Under the pieces are notes generated by a model that had not been told where the DNA came from, ran no database searches, and worked only from the letters and a program-made list of their open reading frames with translations. A stretch of DNA of 64,000 nucleotides from positions 123 to 64,122 of the forward strand of contig JAVHQB010000093.1 of NCBI GenBank assembly GCA_036170905.1, in the 5' to 3' direction. Source of the stretch: Minisyncoccota bacterium. Lineage in GTDB: Bacteria; Patescibacteriota; Minisyncoccia; UBA6257; JAVHQB01. Below, in pieces: positions 1 to 10,932 of the stretch; positions within the stretch are counted from its first letter, which is position 1, and each line of letters starts with the position of its first letter. The translations under genes were made by a program, and so were the position numbers.

Positions 1-294
1 TGCGCTAAGGCTCAGAGCAACCTGCTCATCAATTAAATGCCCGTTTGAGGTAACACAGGCATTCAAACTATTCTTTTTGGTAAAAGAAATTAATTCAAAG
101 ATGTCCTCTCTCAATAACGGCTCTCCTCCACTAAAAACAATAGTTTGCGCGCCTAAACGAGAGACATTCTTAATGACATCCTTCCATTGGTCAGTGGATA
201 ATTCCTCGATTTTCCCATAAGGGATATCACACATCTTGCATCTTAAATTACATCTATTGGTTATAGAAAATATAACTTCCTTCAGGTTGGGCAT
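1..294 (-). CDS. Radical SAM protein, 5' part (runs off the left end of the window)
   Basis: Manual translation from ATG at 294: MPNLKEVIFSITNRCNLRCKMCDIP...VFSGGEPLLREDIF...VTSNG. Has CxxxCxxC and GGEP motifs, no stop before position 1. Not in the ORF track. Confidence 0.9.
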   Translation of the reverse strand, partial: MPNLKEVIFSITNRCNLRCKMCDIPYGKIEELSTDQWKDVIKNVSRLGAQTIVFSGGEPLLREDIFELISFTKKNSLNACVTSNGHLIDEQVALSLSA

Positions 295-1430
295 TTTTTT
301 AGCAATTCCTCATAATCTGTTAACTTGGATAGGGCAGCGGACAATAACTCCTTCTTGGTTTCCTTATCAATGTCATTCTTTTTTAGATCATAAATTAATG
401 TATCAATAATACTCGTTAATGAGTCTGCTTCCGGATTTGCCCAACAAGTTTGTAGGCAGGGTTTTACGCAATTTTTCATAATATTTCTAGCCCGGGCAGC
501 TTCCGGCGTAGCCAAGCACGCATTTAAAGGCATTTCTTTTATATTGCCAAAGGCCGCTCCGCAGCTTCTGAGTTCTCCATCCGGACCGATATTTACAAAA
601 ACAAATGGATTACATTTCCACTCTTTTTTAGTTAATTGGCCTTTAAAATGTTTAATCCACAAATAAGGATCGTGTAAAAATGCCACTAAACCGTTATTCT
701 TTTGGTAATTTACAATCTTGTCAATTTGCTCTTTAAGCTTATTAACATCATTTTCATTAAGCCAAAAACGCGCCTCAGAAGAAGTGTTCTGCATATCCTC
801 TTGGGCCACAATCACTGGATGATAAACTAAACACTCAACCCCCAAATCGCTAACCAAGGATATGATATTAAAAAGTTCACCCACATTTTCCTTCATAATA
901 GTAGTCCATACTGATATTTGAGGGCCAAAGCCATTTCTTTTCTTTGCTGCAACAAGATTCTTTATCGCTTCTATTGCTTTTTTAAATGCGCCTTTTTCTC
1001 TTATGAAATCATGAGTCTTTTCTTGCGCCCCATCCAAAGAAATAGCTATGTTTTTTAAACCGGAAAACATAATTTTTTCCGATATATCTTGATTAACCAA
1101 TGAACCATTGCTGACTACTTCTATTTTTAAGTTTGTTTTTTGTGCATATTTGAATACATCGAATATATCATTCCTCAAGAAAGGTTCTCCACCGGTAATA
1201 ACGATGGTAAAATCCCAGTCCCAGCCAGCCATCTCATCAAAAACCCTCTTTACATCTTTAATATCCAGTTCATAACCTTTCAATATCTTTACCACTCCGC
1301 ACATCTGGCAATTATAGGTACACTGATGGCTCAAGCTGATATATATCCAGAGAGGTTTTGCCAAAGGTTTTTCCAAAAGCTCCGAGAAATAGTAGGCTAA
1401 ATTTGTTTCCAGATGTTTTAAATATTCCAT
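282..1430 (-). CDS. Radical SAM protein with C-terminal SPASM/Twitch-like Cys motifs
   Basis: CTYNCQMC, TGGEPF, SLDG, C-terminal CNPF..GPDGELRSC..CVKPCLQTC. Confidence 0.92.
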   Translation of the reverse strand: MEYLKHLETNLAYYFSELLEKPLAKPLWIYISLSHQCTYNCQMCGVVKILKGYELDIKDVKRVFDEMAGWDWDFTIVITGGEPFLRNDIFDVFKYAQKTNLKIEVVSNGSLVNQDISEKIMFSGLKNIAISLDGAQEKTHDFIREKGAFKKAIEAIKNLVAAKKRNGFGPQISVWTTIMKENVGELFNIISLVSDLGVECLVYHPVIVAQEDMQNTSSEARFWLNENDVNKLKEQIDKIVNYQKNNGLVAFLHDPYLWIKHFKGQLTKKEWKCNPFVFVNIGPDGELRSCGAAFGNIKEMPLNACLATPEAARARNIMKNCVKPCLQTCWANPEADSLTSIIDTLIYDLKKNDIDKETKKELLSAALSKLTDYEELLKKCPT

Positions 1431-1442
1431 AATTTATATTTC

Positions 1443-2648
1443 TTAAAATTTGTTTAAAAACTCAAACTTAAAATCATGATTACCGGTTAATTTCCTTCTT
1501 TTTATAATATAGTTAGCCACATACTCTCCAATAACTCTATGTGCAAACTCGTTATAGTGCGGATCAATATCAAATCTTAAAGATTTAAATTGTGAAGCAC
1601 TGACTAGTATCTTTGATAAATCTAAATATGGAATACCTAATTTTGCGCAAAATTCATCCAAATATTTTATCTGACGGTTTTCTACATTTATTATTAAAAA
1701 ATCCATATCATGCTCTTGGCATAACTTAGCGTATTCAAAGAGCAAAAGAAAGATCAATTGTTCAAAATCATCTTTGGAATACTCATCAACAATTTCATTA
1801 CTCGATTTTATATCCATTCTTACGCTTTTCCAAAATTCCCTATCCGCATTTTTTAGTTGGCGATCAATATTTTGTTTACTTTTATAGAATTCAAACAAAG
1901 TTACTATGTTGCTTTTTTTAAATAACCGCTTATTTTTCTCTTCTTTTACTCTAGTTGCAGGATATTCGGAAGTATTATTTCTTGATTCGGACAAATGAAT
2001 ATAATTATTTTTAACATAGCTGTAATCTTGGAATACGAGGCTTTTTTTATCAGCGCTTAAGATAAACCGTGGCTTAACCATATTAACGCCCCTATGGCCA
2101 TTTTTACATCTGCTTATAAAATCTTCTATTACAAATAAAACCACTAAATCGGGCTTGTATTTAAAACCTTCTTTTTTTAGATATAGAAAAGACTGGTCCA
2201 TACCATAACCTTGTACCCCCGCATTAATTACTTCGGTATTTTTAATGGCCTTTTCGGCTATATCGGTGAAGCGCAGGCCATAACTAACGGACTCACCAAA
2301 CACATTAGACTCTCCCAAAGCAAGAATCCGAAAAATACCCGCCTTTCTTTCAAATTCGACCTCCTCATCTCTTAATCCTTTAGAATTTATTGAATAACAA
2401 ACATCATATTCTGAAGTTTTTATGCAATCATGAGCGCCAGGCCTATATCCCCAGCCCAGCACTTTATCAAACTGCCCGATATTTAGCATATGATTTTTGT
2501 TTAGTTTGCTTTCCATATATTCTATTTTCTTATCTACCTTAAAATCTTTTATAAGCCTAGCGCTGACCATCTCCAGCAAAAAATACCCAATTACTAAAAT
2601 TATTATCATCAAAAAAATATTAACCAGTATTTTCTTAAGATTAGCCAT
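1443..2648 (-). CDS. Membrane-anchored SGNH/GDSL hydrolase-fold protein (acyltransferase/esterase)
   Basis: N-terminal TM helix; INSKGLRD, ILALGESNVFG (block I, GES), INAGVQGYG (block II), DPHYN (block V). Confidence 0.85.
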   Translation of the reverse strand: MANLKKILVNIFLMIIILVIGYFLLEMVSARLIKDFKVDKKIEYMESKLNKNHMLNIGQFDKVLGWGYRPGAHDCIKTSEYDVCYSINSKGLRDEEVEFERKAGIFRILALGESNVFGESVSYGLRFTDIAEKAIKNTEVINAGVQGYGMDQSFLYLKKEGFKYKPDLVVLFVIEDFISRCKNGHRGVNMVKPRFILSADKKSLVFQDYSYVKNNYIHLSESRNNTSEYPATRVKEEKNKRLFKKSNIVTLFEFYKSKQNIDRQLKNADREFWKSVRMDIKSSNEIVDEYSKDDFEQLIFLLLFEYAKLCQEHDMDFLIINVENRQIKYLDEFCAKLGIPYLDLSKILVSASQFKSLRFDIDPHYNEFAHRVIGEYVANYIIKRRKLTGNHDFKFEFLNKF

Positions 2649-2660
2649 TTTTTAACCTTA

Positions 2661-3908
2661 TTAAATCAAATTTTTCCATACTTCATTTTTAAGTACATTC
2701 AATTTATAAACCTCTAATCTTTTCTGGCTAAAATTGCCCAAGAAATTAGGCTTTACGCGCTTTAACAACTCATTGATACAATAATCTATCCTGGATATTA
2801 TTCGCTCACGGGCATGAGCACTATCCGGACCTTCTTTTATTCCGGAAAGAAATTGTTTTACATGTCCGGAGATATCCATAGGGAAATATACGCAATCCTG
2901 GAGGCAGTGGTCCAAACAATTCCTTACAACCTTTCTGATCTTTTGCGCTTCTTCCGAAAACCAGGCCTTCTTCAAACTATCTTTCCGTAAATCGCCGTAT
3001 ATGCCCTTACAGCTCCATAATTTACCATCGCAAGTTATTACAATCCGCTTAATCCCCTCATAACATTTAAAACTCCTCCCGGGCTTTTTGCCCCTAAAAT
3101 AACCGGGGATGGCCTTCAATATGGCAGGGTCTGTGTATATAAGAATACCATTGGTTTCTTCTTTCATCTTGACTAATTTGCCTATATTTTCCTCTAAAAG
3201 CGGCATTTCTTTCAGCGACGGCCATAATGCATTTTTCTTACGGTCATACATGCTGACATTGCTCATCAAAACAGGCTGGAGGACAACGGTATTGCATTTT
3301 TTGCTTTTGGCAAATTCAACAATCTTGAGCATATCATTAATATTTTTATTCAGGATGGTAAAATTTATACCAATGGACGGGCTGGTTACCTTCATTTTTT
3401 CTTTGTAATAATTCAATTTATCGATTGTTTCAACGGACTTAGCGAAAGAACCCTGGCCCCTTATTGCGTCATTTACTCCAGAAATACCGTCTAATGAAAT
3501 AGTAACGTGGTTTAACCCCGAACCGATTAAATTTTGCGCCGCTTCATCGTTGCATAATGTCCCGTTTGTAATAATATCCACCCAGGGTATACCGTTCTCC
3601 CTGGAAAACCGTATAAGCTCCGTAAGGTCTTCGCGCAGCAACGGCTCTCCTCCGGAAAAGATAAGGTGCCTTACTCCCAATTCTTTAATCTGCAGTATAA
3701 TTTTCTTTGCCTCAACAGTAGTCAACTCATCTTCCCGCCGCCCCGGCGATTTCGGTATGTCACACATAACACAACGCAAGCAGCATCTGTTTGTTAACGA
3801 AAAATATACGTGTTCCGGAGGAATAAGAGGATGAGAAATAAGCCGGCTAGTATAAAATCCAATCATATCCTCTAATTTTATTAATTCCCTCTCTAAATAC
3901 TCATTCAT
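2661..3908 (-). CDS. Radical SAM protein, SPASM/Twitch-like
   Basis: CCLRCVMC, SGGEPLLR, ISLDG, CYEG..DGKLWSC..CLDHCLQDC. Confidence 0.92.
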   Translation of the reverse strand: MNEYLERELIKLEDMIGFYTSRLISHPLIPPEHVYFSLTNRCCLRCVMCDIPKSPGRREDELTTVEAKKIILQIKELGVRHLIFSGGEPLLREDLTELIRFSRENGIPWVDIITNGTLCNDEAAQNLIGSGLNHVTISLDGISGVNDAIRGQGSFAKSVETIDKLNYYKEKMKVTSPSIGINFTILNKNINDMLKIVEFAKSKKCNTVVLQPVLMSNVSMYDRKKNALWPSLKEMPLLEENIGKLVKMKEETNGILIYTDPAILKAIPGYFRGKKPGRSFKCYEGIKRIVITCDGKLWSCKGIYGDLRKDSLKKAWFSEEAQKIRKVVRNCLDHCLQDCVYFPMDISGHVKQFLSGIKEGPDSAHARERIISRIDYCINELLKRVKPNFLGNFSQKRLEVYKLNVLKNEVWKNLI

Positions 3909-3910
3909 TA

Positions 3911-4944
3911 TTATCCTTTTCGATTCTTCAGCCCCAGGGCATTCCTAAGGTTACCGGAAACCTCCCTTGAATAACAAGACTGTATACATAAATTTTTACA
4001 ATTTCTAGAATGTATCCTCAACTTTCGCGCTTCCCGGGAAATCCAGGCTTTTTTTAACGATACCTCATTCAAGTTGCCGCAAATACCGTGACAGGTATAG
4101 ACAAGCGGCTCTCTCTTGGAAAAACAAATGAATACGGTTTTAAAACCGCCGAAACAAACCCAGTCCGACTTCTTAAGCATACCCTGGTAATATTTAATCA
4201 ATAATTCCAAGCGTGGCTCTTTTAACACGGTAATATGTTTCCATATAGATTCCTCTATTGCGTCAATTTGATCTTTCAATAACGGTATTTTCTCCGCAGC
4301 CACCCAATTCTGCGGAATCTTCCTTTCCATGAAATTGGCGTTATCGCTGATCAAGGGTTGAAAGTTAATCACATCGACATTGAGGCCATCGGCTAATTGC
4401 GCGATATCATAAAGCTGAGAAACATTTTCATTCATAACAGTAACGGCGATACCCAACGAGAAATTCCTAGCCGCAAGCCTTCTTTTATCCAGCAAGCTGA
4501 TGGCTTCGACAGCCTTACTGAAAGCACCTTTTCCCCTGTAATAATCATTTATATCTTCCAAACCATCAAGCGATAAATGATATGGTCTAAGTTTGATCCG
4601 GCTATGCGCTCTGACATTTCAGCGTCTATAAGTATGCCGTTAGTAGTAACAATGTTTCTCAGGCCCTTAGCATGAGAATAACCGCAGATACTAAATAAGT
4701 CTTCCCTTAAAAAAGGCTCGCCCCCTGTTAAGAGCAACTCTTTTACCCCATAAGCAGCGGCATCATCAATTATCTTGTATATCTGTTCAGTGGATAATTC
4801 TTCTCCCGGAGGCAACAAGTCAACGATACTACACATGCGGCACCTTAAATTACACCTGTAACTAAGCGATACCTGTACCACTTCCGGATGGATTAAGGGA
4901 TAATTTATTTTCCGGGATACCCAATAAAGCAGGTTATTCATCAT
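3911..4944 (-). pseudogene. Radical SAM protein split by a 1-bp frameshift near 4579 (pseudogene or sequencing error)
   Basis: ORF 4549..4956 (CNLRCRMC, TGGEPF) and ORF 3911..4561 (C-terminal CKNLCIQSC) join if one C is restored: GAC CAT ATC [C]AT TTA TCG CTT GAT GGT = DHIHLSLDGLEDINDYYRG. Probable ATG at 4944 behind GGAGAG. Confidence 0.85.
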
Positions 4945-5042
4945 TTCTCTCCGCAAAAATTCCCCCTAACTATAGCCTAAAACAGTTAGTCTTTCTAAGA
5001 GTTATTCTTTGATATAAAGTTGTTTTCTTTAAGGTTGAATTA

Positions 5043-6125
5043 TTATAAAGCATTAATTACCAATTTATTTTCTTCTTTTAAGATTGTACAACATTCTTTG
5101 TGACAGGGCGCATTTTTTGATAAGCTTTGCCTAAGCTGTAAAAGTTCATTTTGCCATAGAGTCCTCAATGAAACATTTTTTATATTAAGCCCGGGCACGC
5201 CCAATTGATACTGCGGGCATTTCATTACTTCGCCATTTGAATCTATCGAGAGTATATAATAATTGACAAAACACCTGTTTAAATCTTCCTGATTAGATAT
5301 TTTAGATTTTTCATCGGTTCTATTTTGAGGGTTATCATTTTCTATATTCTCGAGTTCTCCCCAATTACCTTGATAACCCAACTTCTTTTCATTCTTTAGC
5401 ATGGAAAAGATGGATTTAAACTCTTTCATCTCTTCGATATTGAGTTGCAAATCTCCATAGTTTACTAACCCCATATTTAGTAATTTTAAAATATCTACTG
5501 ATTCTATATTCTTATAACTATTGGCAAATTTAACGAGTGAAGGAAGGCTTCTAAAATTGAGTTTGCTTATTACTACATTTAATATAATCTTTACCTTGCT
5601 ATCAATTTGCTGTAAAGTATCCAGGAATTCCACTATGTATTGAAAATACGGCTTTTGATTAATTGCTGGACGCATGGCGTGCTGAATAGAGGGATCAGCA
5701 GAATCAAGGCTGATTCGAATAATATCCCAACCGCAATCGGTCATAATTTTAGCTACTCCAGAATTCAAAAAACTGCCGTTAGTAGTCATCGTGCCGCAAA
5801 GCCCCAGGCGTTTAATCTCCTGTATAATAGCTATAATATCTTTTCTGCAGAAAGGCTCTCCCAAGTGACCGCCTAAATTTATATCTTTAACTTTAAATTC
5901 GCTAGCTTCTCTAAATAAACTGAACAAATCTTCGGTTGAAAGGTTACCGGACAAATCCGGAGAAACGATCTTCCCCCCAAGACAGTATAAACACCTGAGA
6001 TTACAGGTTTTTGTCAACATCAATGCAATAGTTTCAGGGCCAATCTCAGGATTCACTAAGCCAATTTTTACACGTTTGATTGTTTGCTTATCCATATTGT
6101 TTATAAACTTATCTTTTATTCTCAA
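5043..6125 (-). CDS. Radical SAM protein, SPASM/Twitch-like
   Basis: CNLRCLYC, GGHLGEPF, TTNG, CFVNYY..DSNGEVMKC..CHKECC. Confidence 0.9.
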   Translation of the reverse strand: MRIKDKFINNMDKQTIKRVKIGLVNPEIGPETIALMLTKTCNLRCLYCLGGKIVSPDLSGNLSTEDLFSLFREASEFKVKDINLGGHLGEPFCRKDIIAIIQEIKRLGLCGTMTTNGSFLNSGVAKIMTDCGWDIIRISLDSADPSIQHAMRPAINQKPYFQYIVEFLDTLQQIDSKVKIILNVVISKLNFRSLPSLVKFANSYKNIESVDILKLLNMGLVNYGDLQLNIEEMKEFKSIFSMLKNEKKLGYQGNWGELENIENDNPQNRTDEKSKISNQEDLNRCFVNYYILSIDSNGEVMKCPQYQLGVPGLNIKNVSLRTLWQNELLQLRQSLSKNAPCHKECCTILKEENKLVINAL

Positions 6126-7299
6126 AAGATTTAAAGCGCTTTTTCATTGTTTCGAATTCGTAAAAACTGCAAAAATGGCAATCAGCACAGATTTCCGGCA
6201 ATTTAAAATTAATAAGATTCTTAACAAAGCCGGCGTATTCCCGACTGTAAATAAATTCTTTAAGGCTGTTGAGTTCAAAATAATTATTTTTGTATTGCTT
6301 ATCATACTTAAAGAAACAAAAAGGAATATTACCGTTATAGCTAATTGCCAAAGTAATCAAAGGCAGATAGCATTTTAAGGCCAGGTTGTTCTTGTTCTTC
6401 AGTTCGGGTCGCCCCGGGGAATTATCCGGCAATGAATTACGGCTATGGTTTTTCCCCTCTTTTTTGAATTCAGTTATATCGAAGACTATTTTGAATTCGT
6501 TCAGCTTCTCCTCTATCCGCGGGATATCCTGCGTAAAGCTTTCTTCTTGCTCTTTACTCAACATGAATTCATTTTGATTATCAGAACCGCATCTTAACGG
6601 TTGAAGTGAGAAAAAAGCAATTTTATATCTCCCGATCATATGGATGATATCGGAGATTTTATCATAGTTAACATTTAACAAAATAGACATTATATTAACC
6701 CTGGGAAAATCAGTGCCATAGAGTCCCTTACACTTTACAATAGCATCCAATATACTTAAACTATGCGCGTGCCTGGAAGAATCAGTATAGAGCTTCTTTG
6801 CGGTTTCTTCGGAATCAGTGTTAAGGCTTATATTTAATGAACTGATTAATTTATTCTTTACTATATAATCTACATCCCGACTATCCAGGTTATTGGCGTT
6901 GGTAATAATCCGTATGAAAATATCCGTGTCTTTTAGCCTTTCCAGGAAATAAAACATATTTTCCTTATAAAAAAACGGCTCGCCCCCTCCAAACAAATGG
7001 ATATCCCTGATTTCCAATTCCTTTATATCATTGATCAGCTTATCAATATATTTTCTATCTGCAAAAAAATCTCTTGTAGGTTCATATCTTAAAAAGTCTT
7101 TAGCGCTTTCGCTTCCCGCGCACGCGCCATCGCTGCAATATCGGCACGAGTCATTACATAACGCTGAAGGATAAACAAAGAGCCTAAACGGAACAACGGC
7201 TGAATCCTCTCTCAGATTATACAAGTGGTCTGCCAAAATATCCGTCAGGCTTCCGGGGTCATATTTAAACCTAAAGACTGGTTTAATAGCTAAAGACAT
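6109..7299 (-). CDS. Radical SAM protein, SPASM/Twitch-like
   Basis: CNDSCRYC, FGGGEPF, CYLP..NGNIPFC..CADCHFC. Confidence 0.9.
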   Translation of the reverse strand: MSLAIKPVFRFKYDPGSLTDILADHLYNLREDSAVVPFRLFVYPSALCNDSCRYCSDGACAGSESAKDFLRYEPTRDFFADRKYIDKLINDIKELEIRDIHLFGGGEPFFYKENMFYFLERLKDTDIFIRIITNANNLDSRDVDYIVKNKLISSLNISLNTDSEETAKKLYTDSSRHAHSLSILDAIVKCKGLYGTDFPRVNIMSILLNVNYDKISDIIHMIGRYKIAFFSLQPLRCGSDNQNEFMLSKEQEESFTQDIPRIEEKLNEFKIVFDITEFKKEGKNHSRNSLPDNSPGRPELKNKNNLALKCYLPLITLAISYNGNIPFCFFKYDKQYKNNYFELNSLKEFIYSREYAGFVKNLINFKLPEICADCHFCSFYEFETMKKRFKSFENKR

Positions 7300-7315
7300 A
7301 TTTTATACTCATATA

Positions 7316-8257
7316 TTATACAACTAGTCCCGCCAGACAGGGAGATTGACAATTTTCGACTCTTTTCATCTCATTCGCATATTCGCTACTGCTAAATACT
7401 TCTTCCAGTTTATATTTATGCAGGGGATATTCTAATTCTTTACCGCAGATCCAGATGTTTCCCCTTAAGTTGATATTAAAACTCTTCACCCCCATCTTGC
7501 ATTGGGTGTTTCTTCGCAGGGTATTAGTAAAATAATCCATGTATCGGTCTAATATTTCTAAGGGCCGAGTTAACTTAAGCGCCTGATTATTTGACAAATA
7601 CGAAAGTATCCCCTTAAGCGCATTTAACTCCCCTGCGTTAAGATTAAATTTATTTCTAAGGTAATAGATCTCATTATGAGGAATTACCGGTTGAATATCT
7701 AAAGGTACCTGAGGGTAATTCTTTTCAAGAAATTTAATAAAGTTCACGAAGTCGAAAAAATTCTCCGGCATAAGAACAGAGGTAAAATAAAAGGTCCAGC
7801 CATATTGCTTAAGAAGAGCTGCGGCTTCCATAACTTTCGAAAAAACGCCGTTACCTCTTATGCGGTCATTTTCCGCTTCCAAGCCATCCAGTGAGAGTAT
7901 AAATATGGTTTTTTCTTTACATTGGATGATATTTTCCAAGAATCCCCTGGTAAGTAAAGTAGCGTTGGTAATTATATTAACGGTTATACCCTTAGCTGCC
8001 ACTATTTTAACTAACTCGGCTAAATCTTCCGCTCTTAGCAAAGATTCGCCTCCACCGAAACCAATGCTCTGGACTTTGAATCTCGTGATATTCTCAATTA
8101 TAACCTTCCATTCATCCAGGGATAATTCGTGGCTTAAGTCGTGTGGATGAGTGGTAGTAGTGCACATAACACATTTTAAATTACATCTATCCAGCATAGC
8201 TATATAAAACTGCTGGAATTCAAATGAATCTAAATCCTTATTGTTTAATATTGTCAT
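7316..8257 (-). CDS. Radical SAM protein
   Basis: CNLKCVMC, FGGGES, LSLDG, CKMG..RGNIWIC..CQSPC. Confidence 0.9.
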   Translation of the reverse strand: MTILNNKDLDSFEFQQFYIAMLDRCNLKCVMCTTTTHPHDLSHELSLDEWKVIIENITRFKVQSIGFGGGESLLRAEDLAELVKIVAAKGITVNIITNATLLTRGFLENIIQCKEKTIFILSLDGLEAENDRIRGNGVFSKVMEAAALLKQYGWTFYFTSVLMPENFFDFVNFIKFLEKNYPQVPLDIQPVIPHNEIYYLRNKFNLNAGELNALKGILSYLSNNQALKLTRPLEILDRYMDYFTNTLRRNTQCKMGVKSFNINLRGNIWICGKELEYPLHKYKLEEVFSSSEYANEMKRVENCQSPCLAGLVV

Positions 8258-9503
8258 TTGCTAAACTCCCACTAATAGAGATAAGCATATTTTCTAATTT
8301 CTCTAACGTATTTGCAATATCGCTATCCGACTCTCCGGTATTTGAATTAAGGCCTTCTCTCATTAATTGCAAAAAAGAGTATTCTTCGTTACGAATAGCA
8401 ATTTTGGCATCCCGGGGCAAGTTTACTATTTCTGTCTCCAATTGTGCATGGATTAAACTAATATCGTCCGATTGAGAGCGTTCTGAACAAAATTGGGTGC
8501 AGCTTTTTTTACAATTCCTGATCATCTTCCTGATTTTACCGGTATCCTCTGCATACCATGCCTTTTTAAGGCTGTCTTTTTTAATATTCCCGAATGACTG
8601 GAAGCATACAAAACTCATATCTCCCTGCGGATTTACAAAAATCCTGTTGAATCCCGCGAAACATGTATTTTCAAACCCTTGCCCTCTAAAATGCTTAATA
8701 GTTTTTTCCGGCATGATATCTATATGCATAACACCTGAAAATTCTTCCCTCTTGGCAATTAATATGTCAAAAATTTGCTGCAGCCTGGGAATATCCTTTT
8801 CTTCAATCCAGAGTTCATTGTTTTCTAAAGGTGCAGATAAATCACCATTATTAACTAGGGGCTGGAAGGCTATATAACAACAATTCATTTTTCTTGCTAA
8901 ATCCGCCAAGGCAAGAAGTTCCTCCATGTTCTTCTTCATGATCACGCTTACCATTGCAATATCCAAGACCCTGTCTTCGCTGTTACGGCCATATTTTTCT
9001 TTATAGTAATTAAGATACTCGATGGCACACATCGCTTTCTCAAATATTCCCTCACCCCGGAAAAAATTATGCGTTTTGGGATTAGCCCCGTCGATAGAAA
9101 AACTTATATTCCTTAATCTTGACCTTACTATTTTTTCAGCGGTTTCTTTGTCAATAAAACCGCCGTTAGTATTAATTGTAGTGACGATCCCGGGACGGGC
9201 AGCATAATCGATTAACTCAAATATGTCTTTTCGCAAGAGCGCTTCGCCTCCGGTAAAATAAATCGTCTTTATACCCATAGATATGGCTTCATCAATAAAC
9301 CTTTTAATGTCTTTTGCGCTTGCTTCTTCCTGGAACCGCTGCTTCCATACATTACACATCTTACACTGAAGCTGACACCGGGAGGTAACCATAAGCTGTA
9401 GCATATCAGGCTCAACCATTGCTTTATTCAATAAACGGGAGAAATTAAAAAGGTAATCTCTCTTGTATTTATCGAAGATTTCTTTCATCTTATCTGCTGT
9501 CAC
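8238..9503 (-). CDS. Radical SAM protein, SPASM/Twitch-like
   Basis: CQLQCKMC, TGGEA, SIDG, CFAG..QGDMSFVC..CKKSCTQFC. Confidence 0.92.
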   Translation of the reverse strand: MTADKMKEIFDKYKRDYLFNFSRLLNKAMVEPDMLQLMVTSRCQLQCKMCNVWKQRFQEEASAKDIKRFIDEAISMGIKTIYFTGGEALLRKDIFELIDYAARPGIVTTINTNGGFIDKETAEKIVRSRLRNISFSIDGANPKTHNFFRGEGIFEKAMCAIEYLNYYKEKYGRNSEDRVLDIAMVSVIMKKNMEELLALADLARKMNCCYIAFQPLVNNGDLSAPLENNELWIEEKDIPRLQQIFDILIAKREEFSGVMHIDIMPEKTIKHFRGQGFENTCFAGFNRIFVNPQGDMSFVCFQSFGNIKKDSLKKAWYAEDTGKIRKMIRNCKKSCTQFCSERSQSDDISLIHAQLETEIVNLPRDAKIAIRNEEYSFLQLMREGLNSNTGESDSDIANTLEKLENMLISISGSLANDNIKQ

Positions 9504-9559
9504 TATGAACCCCCTATTTCTTAAAATAGCAATTGCCTTGCCGGATATAACCGGATTTA

Positions 9560-10924
9560 TTAAGAAATACCCCCCTTATAGACGCCTAAGGCCCTCGCAA
9601 GCCCAAATAGCATCCCCTTCCTTACCTCCCTGACCCATGGGCTATTTCTTCCTTTAATATACCACTCCGATTTATTATTATAGCGAATATTCAAAGATTC
9701 CTGCTCTCTCCACAGCCGCGATTTATGGGGGATGTAACAGTTGCTGACGCTTACAAATTCATCAATATATTTCCTGTTCTTGAATAAAAATACCATAGTC
9801 TCTATTATATCACTCCATCTTTCCGTAGGATAACCTACCATCCATAACGTATTTACCTTTATCCCGGAATCGTGAGTCCTCCGTAAGGCTTGAGAGATAT
9901 GCTTTTTTAGCGGCTTACCCATATGCGCCAGGACCCTGGCTGCTCCGCTTTCGATGCCGTATGTAAAATAAATTCCCCCTGCTTTTTTTACTTTATATAA
10001 AAATTCTTGCGACATTTCTACCCGCGCACGAGCCATCCCACCCCATTCAAAATTATTTTTTCCGGAGATTATCTTATCTGCCAGCTGCCCCAATTTGCCT
10101 AAATCCCCGTTAACCATTAAGTCGTTACATTTAAAACGCCTGCGGCCAAAGAGTGCGCTGTGTTTTATCATTTCCCCAAGGATATTATCAACGCTTCGCA
10201 TCCGATACCTTCCCCACATGGGCGCGTCGGTACAGAATGCGCAACTATAATTACATCCCCGACTGAAAATAATCGGAATTTCCGCCTTATTGGTATATCG
10301 CTCAAAATCAAATAATTTTAACGCAGGAAACGGAATGCTATCTACATCTAAAGGATTGGTGTCCCATCCGTTATCCCTAAAGCCTGCGCCTGTATAAATT
10401 AACGTTCCTTCTATAACTGCATCTCTCATGGATTCGCCACGTTCAATTTTTCCTGCTATCTTACTAATAATCTTTTCGCCTTCCCCGCGAACATAAACAT
10501 CAACATTATTATTTAACTCTCCGGTTTCCATGACCTCCGCACACCATGGCCCGCCAAAAACGATACAGACGTCCTTCGCTTTTTTCTTTAATGCATCCGC
10601 CAACAAATTAGCTAATATCCTCGAATGACTGTTAACGCTTAAACCGATAATTCTCGGATTACGTTCCAGAACGGCCTCTGTCCATTTTTCCAACAAATCG
10701 GGTACATTAAAATTCATACTTATTTTTTCTAAAGATGTCCAGTAATCGGAATTTTCCCAATCCCACAAAAATTGCTTATCTTTACTTTCTACGTATAATT
10801 GAGAATTGAAACAAAAAACAGAAACATCATATCCGTTATTTATTAACTGGCCGGCTATATAAGCTATACCCAAAGGCGGCATATCAACACCATAAAGAGG
10901 AGGAAAGACTAAGGCTATATTCAT
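9560..10924 (-). CDS. Cobalamin (B12)-binding domain radical SAM protein
   Basis: N-terminal PPLGIAYIA, VFGGP, RGEGE; SRGCNYSCAFC; YGIESG. Confidence 0.92.
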   Translation of the reverse strand: MNIALVFPPLYGVDMPPLGIAYIAGQLINNGYDVSVFCFNSQLYVESKDKQFLWDWENSDYWTSLEKISMNFNVPDLLEKWTEAVLERNPRIIGLSVNSHSRILANLLADALKKKAKDVCIVFGGPWCAEVMETGELNNNVDVYVRGEGEKIISKIAGKIERGESMRDAVIEGTLIYTGAGFRDNGWDTNPLDVDSIPFPALKLFDFERYTNKAEIPIIFSRGCNYSCAFCTDAPMWGRYRMRSVDNILGEMIKHSALFGRRRFKCNDLMVNGDLGKLGQLADKIISGKNNFEWGGMARARVEMSQEFLYKVKKAGGIYFTYGIESGAARVLAHMGKPLKKHISQALRRTHDSGIKVNTLWMVGYPTERWSDIIETMVFLFKNRKYIDEFVSVSNCYIPHKSRLWREQESLNIRYNNKSEWYIKGRNSPWVREVRKGMLFGLARALGVYKGGIS

Positions 10925-10932
10925 ATTTATTT

